Of a stretch of 64,000 bases of DNA, positions 19,603 to 28,467 are shown piece by piece. Below the pieces are notes generated by a model. The model was given only the letters and a program-made list of their open reading frames with translations. It was not told the DNA's origin and made no database searches. Position 1 is the first letter of the stretch; each line of letters begins with the position of its first letter. The DNA lies in the NCBI GenBank assembly GCA_964610875.1, contig CAZSWP010000006.1, positions 36,660 to 100,659 of the forward strand. The letters run 5' to 3'. The position numbers were made by a program, and so were the translations under genes. The stretch comes from an uncultured archaeon (GTDB lineage: Archaea; Asgardarchaeota; Thorarchaeia; Thorarchaeales; Thorarchaeaceae).

Positions 19603-19637
19603 CTTAACTTCACTATAGCTAAGTAGCATCTATTAAA
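19603..19637 (-). promoter_or_regulatory. Ferritin promoter: TATA box plus inverted repeat
   Basis: Minus strand TTTAATA (19637-19631), then CTTAGCT-atagtga-AGTTAAG (19623-19603). Confidence 0.5.
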
Positions 19638-19744
19638 CTTTCGGTACAGCATTTTTCCATTTAATACATATGAGTCTGACCAACGAACCTTTTTTACTCG
19701 CCATGGTCCATAAAATTCTCTAAGGATTAGAGGAGCTAGCGCTT

Positions 19745-22402
19745 ATGGCTGATTTAACGCTCATGACAATATTAGTACAGTTTATTCCGTCAATTATTGT
19801 GATACTGGGATACCTCATTCTCTTTGGCAAGAGAAGGAATCGCTTTATTGAAGCCTTCATTTTGGTAATGGTTGTCCAAGCCGTCACCTTTTTCATCTAC
19901 AACATTTTTGTAATTCCTTCGATAGTACCGAACTACTTCAGTGAAACAGTAGATACTGACGTGTTTATTGGTGTTCTATTTACTGATTTCATGTTCCAGT
20001 TTGGATATGCACTTCAAGGATTCTTCACATGGATAATGGTTTCATTCATAGCTGTTCTTTTTGGACAACTTGTCCTTTTGTTGAAACTTGCTTTGCAAGA
20101 TCCACTGAAAATGAAATTCTCAAATCTGACCAAGAGAATTGTTGGGAAGGAACCTGAATCTGATGGTTACAGTGGTCTGGGAGATCGACTTCAAAACATC
20201 CGCTTTGAAGGTGTAGAACCTCATCCACTTGATCCTGAGGTTGTTAAGAAAGCATATAGTGAATCTTGGAAGGATTACCTTATCATTGGATTGGCAACAC
20301 TACTTCCATCAATTGGTATCTATATGGGTAATTATGCTAACTTGTACATATATGCAGTAGTCGTATTTGTTACATGGATTTACCGTTTTGGTTATCCTGC
20401 ATCAAATCGTATTGCTAAAGGTGCTGGAATTACTCTTGGAGATCGTGATCTTGGTAGTGAGATGATGCGTGGAGTTCTCGGATGGTTCTTCCGTCTTAAC
20501 CTACTACTATCTCTTGTAACAATCGTATTTGATGTTATCAATGCCATAGGAACAGGTACTCTCGCATCTTTGGGTGCCTACTACTTGGAAGGATTAGCAC
20601 TTGCGTTTCCGCCAATTCTTCTGGTTATCATAGTATTTCCAATAGCTGAGGACTTTTCAGTAATTTTATACAAGAGAGTCTTTGATGCAATTGCATCTGC
20701 TCGTTCAAAAATATCATTAACAGACTGGTCTGCAGTTTTAACAAATGCGGTATCCGGAGTGTTAGTTGGTGGCATTGCATTAGCTGCTTTTCTAGGAGCA
20801 GTATTTGGAGCCACAGTTCATTATGCAAGGATGCACGGGCTTGGATTTCTATTTTATCCCAGTGAGATTGATGCTTTTGTGACAGGTGCCATAGTTTCTG
20901 CACCTACAAACTTTGAAATCATATCTCCGGTCATTTGGGAATTATTGATGTTGATGATTCCGTTTGGAATGATGATACTACTAGGACTTCTAGGACATCT
21001 CATTCTAGATAGGACTAACGCTCGTCCACTTGGATTTGCTTTCTTCTCAGGTCTATTCCTTTCAGTTGTATCTTACTTCCTAATGCCTGGATTGGATTAC
21101 ACACTTGGTGGAAGGATTATTCCAGCAGAATACATGGGAAATGTCTTCTACCGTATAGTACCACTTGTGATAGCTCCAACTGAACTCGACCTTTTGTTCC
21201 GATTGGCTGCTGAATTCATCATAAATGTGCCACTCAATATCTCAGTCGTCCTCTTCATACTCTATTACCTTAGATATAGAGATAGATGGCGAGAATCAAC
21301 AGGTGAAGAGAAAGGACCACTGCTGAGTGTTCAATTCCGTGATATCAAAGATGCAGTATTGCTCTTTGTTGGTGGTATCATCGCATCAATAGCTGGAATC
21401 CTGATCATTTCAGTAGTGCTGGATCCAGGATATCTATTCTCTTTGATATCTTCACTAATAATTGAGATTGGTGAGCCTAATGGACTTGAGTTGGTCTTCG
21501 CATATCAGGTGTCAATCTTTACAATCGTAGTTGAGCATAATATTATACGCACCTTATTGATGTTGATAGCTGGACCGCTGTTCTGGACGGTAGTTTTGTG
21601 GATGGTTGGTGTGAGGTCAAAAGAAGAAGCTAATGGAAATGTCGGTTGGTTCACGTTATTTCTCATTGTTGTAACAGGCATTGCGTCATATCTATGGACA
21701 ATCAATGATATTGCCGCTGGTTTGATTGTGCCATCAACAAATCCTTGGGCTGACCCATGGACTTTTTCAGCACATCTCGGGTACCGTGCAGCTATTCTCT
21801 ATGGAATTTTATTTGGTGTGTACTTTTTGGCTATAATTGTTAACTATGTTAGCAAAGGTAGTGTGGGAGTATGGTGGTTACCACCAATTGCCACACTATT
21901 TGCCATCGAGTACTTTGTATATGATGACCAATTCACACTAATTGCGCTAATCATTTTGCCAATGATTCTGGCTCTTGTATACTATCCTTTCAAAAAACCA
22001 GAAGAACAAGGTGATTTGCTTATCACATACATCAGATTCAGTCTGTTGTCTCTAGCGATAGCTGAAATCCTTTCAACAGCTCTCTGGGTTGCTGGAATTG
22101 CTACACTTGAATTCCTCTTTACTGGAAATATTATTCCATATCTTGCACAGATTCTCCCTCATGCAATAATAGAAATACCTGCATTTCTGTTTGCTGCAGC
22201 CGCATCCTTCAGGATTGCAAGAGACCTCGAACCTACCATAATTGCAGAAGATTGGAGTGAGGTGCCAAACAAAACGAAAGAGATTCTAACAGACTCACGA
22301 ATGTGGCGAACATATTTACTGGTGATGTTCTTCCTAGTGATAGCAGCACTTATTGAAGAAAACATTTCCTGGATAATATTCCAATATGTAACGCAACCAT
22401 AG
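19745..22402 (+). CDS. Large polytopic membrane protein with C-terminal SpoIIM/DUF95 domain
   Basis: About 20 hydrophobic segments; ILPHAIIEIPAFLFAAAAS...LVIAALIE matches the SpoIIM PHGxxE...AAxxE pattern. Confidence 0.75.
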   Translation: MADLTLMTILVQFIPSIIVILGYLILFGKRRNRFIEAFILVMVVQAVTFFIYNIFVIPSIVPNYFSETVDTDVFIGVLFTDFMFQFGYALQGFFTWIMVSFIAVLFGQLVLLLKLALQDPLKMKFSNLTKRIVGKEPESDGYSGLGDRLQNIRFEGVEPHPLDPEVVKKAYSESWKDYLIIGLATLLPSIGIYMGNYANLYIYAVVVFVTWIYRFGYPASNRIAKGAGITLGDRDLGSEMMRGVLGWFFRLNLLLSLVTIVFDVINAIGTGTLASLGAYYLEGLALAFPPILLVIIVFPIAEDFSVILYKRVFDAIASARSKISLTDWSAVLTNAVSGVLVGGIALAAFLGAVFGATVHYARMHGLGFLFYPSEIDAFVTGAIVSAPTNFEIISPVIWELLMLMIPFGMMILLGLLGHLILDRTNARPLGFAFFSGLFLSVVSYFLMPGLDYTLGGRIIPAEYMGNVFYRIVPLVIAPTELDLLFRLAAEFIINVPLNISVVLFILYYLRYRDRWRESTGEEKGPLLSVQFRDIKDAVLLFVGGIIASIAGILIISVVLDPGYLFSLISSLIIEIGEPNGLELVFAYQVSIFTIVVEHNIIRTLLMLIAGPLFWTVVLWMVGVRSKEEANGNVGWFTLFLIVVTGIASYLWTINDIAAGLIVPSTNPWADPWTFSAHLGYRAAILYGILFGVYFLAIIVNYVSKGSVGVWWLPPIATLFAIEYFVYDDQFTLIALIILPMILALVYYPFKKPEEQGDLLITYIRFSLLSLAIAEILSTALWVAGIATLEFLFTGNIIPYLAQILPHAIIEIPAFLFAAAASFRIARDLEPTIIAEDWSEVPNKTKEILTDSRMWRTYLLVMFFLVIAALIEENISWIIFQYVTQP

Positions 22403-22414
22403 ACGTATACTTCT

Positions 22415-22452
22415 AAGCGACGCATCCAAGCGTCGCTTCCTTTCTATTTTTG
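22415..22452 (+). terminator. Perfect 9-bp hairpin plus T-rich tract between convergent genes
   Basis: AAGCGACGC-atccaa-GCGTCGCTT-cctttctattttt. Confidence 0.7.
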
Positions 22453-22489
22453 TACCTGTTCTAATACATCTTGTTTCAAATATGGATAC

Positions 22490-25400
22490 TTATTCTTCTG
22501 TTATTTTATCTTCATGATGATTTTCTTTTATCGTTGCGCCCTCTTCTGACAACAGTTTTGATTTTTCAGTGTCAATTTCATCATGAGTACTTACTCTCAT
22601 TGCCGAAAATTTCCTCACAATTCGTGAAGACGCGAATGGTATCAGTACAAGAAAAACAACAGGTATCAGAACAATTGCGGCCATTGAGTAGTTCTTGAGA
22701 AACTCAAGTTGCATGATTGTAGTAGCTCCAAGGATGAGTAAGAACATTAAGAACTTGATTCGAATTGAAGAACCAGTTCTACCTATCAAGAGTGCCTGCT
22801 CCTCATCAACAACATGTTTCGGCGTACCAGCTGCTATCATATCATCGATTCTTCCCAATCCTTTCCTAATCTCTCGATAGAAGCTGACTACAACCACCAC
22901 TATACTAGTGAAATATGTGGCTAGAACGGTAGCAAGTATTGGCGGGAAGCTTAGTTCACCAACGACTACGTGTGGGATCTCAATGATCCATCGTTGAAAC
23001 ATCTCATGAAAACCACCATAGAAGAATATGATGTAAACAATGAATGGTACTAATATAAGATGCCACACACCAAGTACAATCCTTCGTTTACTTAACTGAC
23101 CTTGGAGAAGGATTGAAGAGTAAGCATCTCGATAAAGCCAAAGCCCATAGAGAAGAACAGAGCATCCAAGCAGAATGATGCCCTCGATTAACGCAAATCC
23201 TATCTCTCCTACTGTAAATAACCACCAAGAGTGGAGGAACAACAACCCCGTGCTAGCAACTATTACAGCATAGATTCTATCCAATTGAGTGATACTACTA
23301 GTGACTTCCTCTGTCTTTCTAGATGAAGTTGTGACAACGGATGACACTTTGACAAAAAGTATCATTCCAATTATACTCAAGAGGAGTGCGAAACTGGCAG
23401 CTAGTGATAGTTGACTAACAGATAGTGCTTCCATTCCTGGTACGAATACTTCCACAAATACCACTTCACTACTATACCTTGGTACAGAAAGCATCCCATC
23501 TATACTGACCAAGAGGTTATAGTACCCATGGTGAGTGTTTCCTACTTGAAATGTGACAGAATAAGTTCCTCTGACTGAGGTTTCTTCTGCTTTCTTATTC
23601 ATATATACGAATTCGATCATTACCAACAGGTCTGTCACAGGATTTTCATATAGGTCAGTAACTTCAACAATGACAACCAAGTCTGAATATTGCTCTGGCA
23701 CAACAGGTGAGGTTCTGATAATGATAACCGGGTCTGCTATTACTGCAAGATTACCATCTTGTTTTGTTTCATGTAGAAATTCGTGATTGATTGTGATGTA
23801 GTAAGGATGAAATCCATATGGCCAACCAATAGTAGAGATATTCGTACGATACAGGCTACCGGTAATATATTCAAGTGTATAGGTTGACCCTCGTATCAAT
23901 ACAGAAACAGATGCAGCCATAATATCTGTACTCAACCAATCTTTTACATGGACCTCCAAAGTAGTTTCATTCCCCTGCCCTACACTCCATTCCTCCGATG
24001 GAATTACAGCTAGTATTGGTGCTGACATAACCTTAATGTCACAAACCATTTTTCCTGAATAGCTGTAATCGGACCCATAATAGACTATGAAGTTCCATTC
24101 ACCTACGCAATAGGTTGCATTTAGTACGGCCGTATATCTTCCAATAGTTGATTGACTTGCGGTTATATTCTTACCATCGATTTCTAGAATGATCCAAGTG
24201 TCAGCTGGGGCTGAGCCATAATTATCACTTATGTATACAGTTACTGCGAACTCCTCCCCACCACCAACAGGGGGTAATTCTGGGACTTCAGAAAGAAGAT
24301 TCCCCTTGGTCACGATTTGAACTTCTCCAAAGTCAAATCCTCGGATAAATTCATGTTCTACTGATATATCGAATGTATGGTTACCTATCTTGAAATTCGC
24401 GATAGTATCCAGCAAGTAGCATCCAGGGGATGACTCAGTCAGTGTGAGCTCGTAAATTCCACTGACCATCATAACCTGCGCGTTCTCAATCGGATTTCCA
24501 AATATGTCCGTGATGTTCAACCAACCATAGAACTGCTCATCTTGTTCAGTCAATGAAGGGATGTTTCTATCGAAACGGAGCTCATCTGTTTCAACTCTCA
24601 ATTCTGTCGATTCAGAGGCTACAACGGAAGCGAAATCATGAATCACAGTTGAGTTCACCAAGTATTCTCCGGGAATTAAGTCTATATTCGGAACCAATAG
24701 TCTATACTGCGTATTCACATATGTAGTAGCAAAATTGACACCATTCATTGACACATTCACAATAGCATCTGGAACTCTGGTACCAAGGCTATCGGTGACT
24801 GTTACATTTACAGAGAGAGTACTATTCTGAAGAACAACATCTCTTGTATAGACTTCTACATCCAAGGGACTTCTAATAGTTAGTGCATTGTGATAATATT
24901 CTTCCCATGTGTCGTATAGGATGTGATTGACCTGTAGACTTAGATTGACAACTCCAATTGGCCAATTAACCGCGACCAGTGTTGAATAATTGTTCGCTTC
25001 GAAAATGAGGGCCTTGGTTTGGTTGATAATGGAGGTTCCTGAGAGATAATGTACTGTAAGATAGACCTTAGCATCACTAATGATTTCTGAGTAGATATTT
25101 GTAACATCAACATCAATCTCAAGTGAATCTCCCTGCAAAAGATTCTCAGATGGCAAAGTCAAAGATGCATTCAGTCGACGAATCAGGTTGATATCACGAA
25201 TGACTCCTATCTTTGTTATATCATTTTGAATAAGAGGATAGACTACAATTTCCTCTCCATATCCAAGATCGACGTTGCCTAATTTTAGCGACCCATATCC
25301 TTTTCCTATTATCATTGTTCGTTCAATAGCCCCATCCAACGAGAATATTCTAAGAGTTTCATCTTCTTTAGTGAAAACAGCGAATTCATCTTCACTATCG

Positions 25401-28048
25401 CCATCGAAATCAACAATTACTGAGCTTAGGAACTCGGAATCACTGATAGTGACCTCCCATTCAACAATAATCGGATTTGCAAGTGTGATACGAATAAGAT
25501 TTCCTGTGAAATAATCGGGACTAATTATGTCATCTGTTCCATCAGAATCAAAATCTTTGATTGTAGGCTGTACGAAAAATCTCCCAGGACAATAGAATAG
25601 TGTAGTTTCGTTAATTCTAGAAGTAGTTGCATCAAAAACATGAAATCCACTTGAAACATTGTTGGGGGGATTCATGAAGTAAAAATAAAGTAAGAAATTC
25701 CGCGTCGATTCTGATTCATTACTGAAAGGATATACCGCCACTGGAACAGTGAAGGCATACTCTGGTAAGGTTACACTATGAGTCGAAATAAGGGTCATTG
25801 ATGTAACATTAATGATATCTATAGGTCCAGAGCTTGCGGAAACACACGCTTCAGTTGACCTGCTATTCACTGTGTGCCCTAAACTCAACGAATAGAATTC
25901 TGCATTCTGCCCAGTCACATTTAAGCTTGACCAAGAGCCATCTGCACTTAGTTTCAACATCTTTGCATAATTCTCAAATCGATGTTTGGATACGTACAAG
26001 AATTCGTCTATCCCATCATTATCACAGTCGAAGATTTGGAAAGACTCAGGTTTTGAGAAGTTTTCATAGGGACATTGTGATGAAAACCAAAAACTACCAG
26101 TAGAACCATGATACATTGAAACATTGGTCGTCAATGTAGTAGCATTATACAATACAATGATAGGATCAAGAATACTGTCTCCATCCATCATTCCTGTATA
26201 GATCCAGAAATCACTGAACGTACGATTTGCAACCAACCCCAAACACTGTTTTTCACCTCTAGCTGCGTATCTTTCCAACCAGATTTCATGTGGTGTTGAA
26301 TCAAGTGTATAGATTACTTCACTTCCATCAGAAGCATTGCCAATGTCCATCAAATGGTGTTCGAACTGTGAATCTTGATTCTTTGAGTCTGACCAAATGA
26401 GATGTCCTGCAATCGTAAAGTTCAACGGATGTGTTTCGTTTCCTAAAGAACCAACATTCAGATAGGTGTCTTGAAAAACAAGATAATAGTCGTAGTATCC
26501 TTCTGACAACCCTACCAAGAATGCAAAATATTGTGTCCCTGCATTCTGAAGCTCATCAGTTGGTTGTACCCAATACTCACCTTCATGACGAAGATATATA
26601 TCTGCTAGGATTATCGTTGTATTATCTTCCACTCCGACCTCGATTTCTATGAAGGGATCATGTATTGTCGGATGTGGTGGAGATAGAGGTTCTGGGCTGA
26701 GGACTGGAGCCTGAATATCACTAAGAATTATGTAAATGGTCTGGGATTGTACGACAATAATGTCATCTCTACCATTACCATTGACATCAAAAGTGCAGAG
26801 CTGTTCTAATTTGCTTGAAATTGTAGGTTCGTAGAAACCAACTTCACCATCAACTCCTCTAAGGAAACCCGGGTTGTTACCGACAGCTGTCATCAGGGCA
26901 AAGTCAGTGAGATTGTCTGCATCTAAGAAGCCTGAATCACACAGAAGTGTTGATGGGTCTGAGCCCATAGAACCTGCTGGAGAACCATAAACAACTTCTG
27001 ATTGGCGGATAATGGAACCATTGGACCCATCTATAAAAACAGTATAATTGTCCATTTCAGGTATTACGAAAAGATCCTCCTGATTATCATGATTAAGGAT
27101 TCCAGTTAGTACTTGGCTTCTTTCTGGAAGTCCTGTTGTATTGAAAATAGCATTCATTGTATCTGGTAAAATAGTAGTGAGGTTCCCATCGAACATTAGT
27201 ACAGCTAAGTCGTCCAATCCTGTTCCATAATCAAAAGTAGCTAGACCATATATCTCAGTGTGCATCATCTTGGTTCTCATTAGCGTTCCATTGCCTGCAA
27301 CGATACTCAAATTTCCATCTTTTACGTTATTATAGATTCCCAGAGCAATAGAATCTTGCGTTGGTTCTAAAAAGCGACCTATTGCACAAGCATCTAGCGC
27401 TAGACCGGAGAATGAGAAATTTCCTAGGACCTGACTGGTTTGAAGATCCAATGTCAAAACTCCGTATCTGCCAAATATGGCAACATCAAGTTGCGAGTCG
27501 CCGTTGAAATCTCCTGTTGCTATCCCCGAAGGACTATCAATGGAGATGTTGAATGAGGTCGTGATTGCATCATTAAAATCAACAATGAGTAGATTATCAC
27601 TTGTACCGTTGTTATTCAAAATTAGAAATTCGGTACTTCCATCTTCATCAATATCTATTCCTGTAATTGTAATCTCCGAAAGCTCACCGGATTCTACGGA
27701 TTGGTTCAATATCACATCGTTGATAGGATCTACAAATCTTAGATAATCTGCATCATCATCTGAGTAGACAATCCCTCTATATGTACTGACATTGCCAGTG
27801 GAGATTCCATTGGAGCTAGCTGTCATTTGAATTGTGAGAAGTAAATCATCTGAAGATATACGAGGTTCAGAAACTGGAATGCTAGATATGACCGAATTGG
27901 AGGACAAATCCCCCGATAACAGGGGCATAGCAAGGAATGAAATTAATAATGCTGCAAGTAGAAACTTGATAGCGTCACACTCGTAGTTCCTTAGCTGACG
28001 TGCTTGAGTTCTAGATGTGGCATGCTTTTCCATTTCTTCTCCATCCAA
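22490..28048 (-). CDS. Surface membrane protein: signal peptide, two FG-GAP propellers, Ig-like repeats, 7 TM helices
   Basis: GDFNGDSQLDVAI, DVNGNGRDDIIV, DFDGDSEDEFAV and similar; six V.VTD..G..I Ig repeats; seven C-terminal hydrophobic helices. Confidence 0.85.
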   Translation of the reverse strand: MDGEEMEKHATSRTQARQLRNYECDAIKFLLAALLISFLAMPLLSGDLSSNSVISSIPVSEPRISSDDLLLTIQMTASSNGISTGNVSTYRGIVYSDDDADYLRFVDPINDVILNQSVESGELSEITITGIDIDEDGSTEFLILNNNGTSDNLLIVDFNDAITTSFNISIDSPSGIATGDFNGDSQLDVAIFGRYGVLTLDLQTSQVLGNFSFSGLALDACAIGRFLEPTQDSIALGIYNNVKDGNLSIVAGNGTLMRTKMMHTEIYGLATFDYGTGLDDLAVLMFDGNLTTILPDTMNAIFNTTGLPERSQVLTGILNHDNQEDLFVIPEMDNYTVFIDGSNGSIIRQSEVVYGSPAGSMGSDPSTLLCDSGFLDADNLTDFALMTAVGNNPGFLRGVDGEVGFYEPTISSKLEQLCTFDVNGNGRDDIIVVQSQTIYIILSDIQAPVLSPEPLSPPHPTIHDPFIEIEVGVEDNTTIILADIYLRHEGEYWVQPTDELQNAGTQYFAFLVGLSEGYYDYYLVFQDTYLNVGSLGNETHPLNFTIAGHLIWSDSKNQDSQFEHHLMDIGNASDGSEVIYTLDSTPHEIWLERYAARGEKQCLGLVANRTFSDFWIYTGMMDGDSILDPIIVLYNATTLTTNVSMYHGSTGSFWFSSQCPYENFSKPESFQIFDCDNDGIDEFLYVSKHRFENYAKMLKLSADGSWSSLNVTGQNAEFYSLSLGHTVNSRSTEACVSASSGPIDIINVTSMTLISTHSVTLPEYAFTVPVAVYPFSNESESTRNFLLYFYFMNPPNNVSSGFHVFDATTSRINETTLFYCPGRFFVQPTIKDFDSDGTDDIISPDYFTGNLIRITLANPIIVEWEVTISDSEFLSSVIVDFDGDSEDEFAVFTKEDETLRIFSLDGAIERTMIIGKGYGSLKLGNVDLGYGEEIVVYPLIQNDITKIGVIRDINLIRRLNASLTLPSENLLQGDSLEIDVDVTNIYSEIISDAKVYLTVHYLSGTSIINQTKALIFEANNYSTLVAVNWPIGVVNLSLQVNHILYDTWEEYYHNALTIRSPLDVEVYTRDVVLQNSTLSVNVTVTDSLGTRVPDAIVNVSMNGVNFATTYVNTQYRLLVPNIDLIPGEYLVNSTVIHDFASVVASESTELRVETDELRFDRNIPSLTEQDEQFYGWLNITDIFGNPIENAQVMMVSGIYELTLTESSPGCYLLDTIANFKIGNHTFDISVEHEFIRGFDFGEVQIVTKGNLLSEVPELPPVGGGEEFAVTVYISDNYGSAPADTWIILEIDGKNITASQSTIGRYTAVLNATYCVGEWNFIVYYGSDYSYSGKMVCDIKVMSAPILAVIPSEEWSVGQGNETTLEVHVKDWLSTDIMAASVSVLIRGSTYTLEYITGSLYRTNISTIGWPYGFHPYYITINHEFLHETKQDGNLAVIADPVIIIRTSPVVPEQYSDLVVIVEVTDLYENPVTDLLVMIEFVYMNKKAEETSVRGTYSVTFQVGNTHHGYYNLLVSIDGMLSVPRYSSEVVFVEVFVPGMEALSVSQLSLAASFALLLSIIGMILFVKVSSVVTTSSRKTEEVTSSITQLDRIYAVIVASTGLLFLHSWWLFTVGEIGFALIEGIILLGCSVLLYGLWLYRDAYSSILLQGQLSKRRIVLGVWHLILVPFIVYIIFFYGGFHEMFQRWIIEIPHVVVGELSFPPILATVLATYFTSIVVVVVSFYREIRKGLGRIDDMIAAGTPKHVVDEEQALLIGRTGSSIRIKFLMFLLILGATTIMQLEFLKNYSMAAIVLIPVVFLVLIPFASSRIVRKFSAMRVSTHDEIDTEKSKLLSEEGATIKENHHEDKITEE

Positions 28049-28312
28049 TGCGAATGCATCTTATTGAGAAATTGAAGCATTTTTATGTTTTCAGTATATT
28101 TGAGATTCATAAGAAGCATATTATTCCAGGTTGGTTTATGTACTTCTAATCAGGTAGTTTGATGATTCTACTATTGTGATATATTGCGAAATAAAACGGG
28201 AACACTCTTTCATGTAAAAACTTTCTTCTATTTTTTGAGCTTAATTTCTATTTTTAGTTAATATCTTCGATGTAGCTATTATAACTAATCTTATATTACA
28301 TATTTTCAACCC

Positions 28313-28467
28313 TTTTATAATTGACACACCAATATGAGATACTGCAGTGAGGAGCAGTAGATTGACATGACACTGATAACCCGTAGCGGATAGGTGTTCT
28401 GTGTAATTTCATCACGGTTAGCACGCCAGCTGACCTTTGTGTGTCTTATTAGAATCGGTGAGATAGA
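28313..28467 (+). promoter_or_regulatory. TATA box and about 125-nt structured 5' leader
   Basis: TTTTATAA 28313-28320; hairpins TACTGC/GCAGTA and GGTTAGC/GCTGACC; GGTGAG RBS. Confidence 0.45.
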
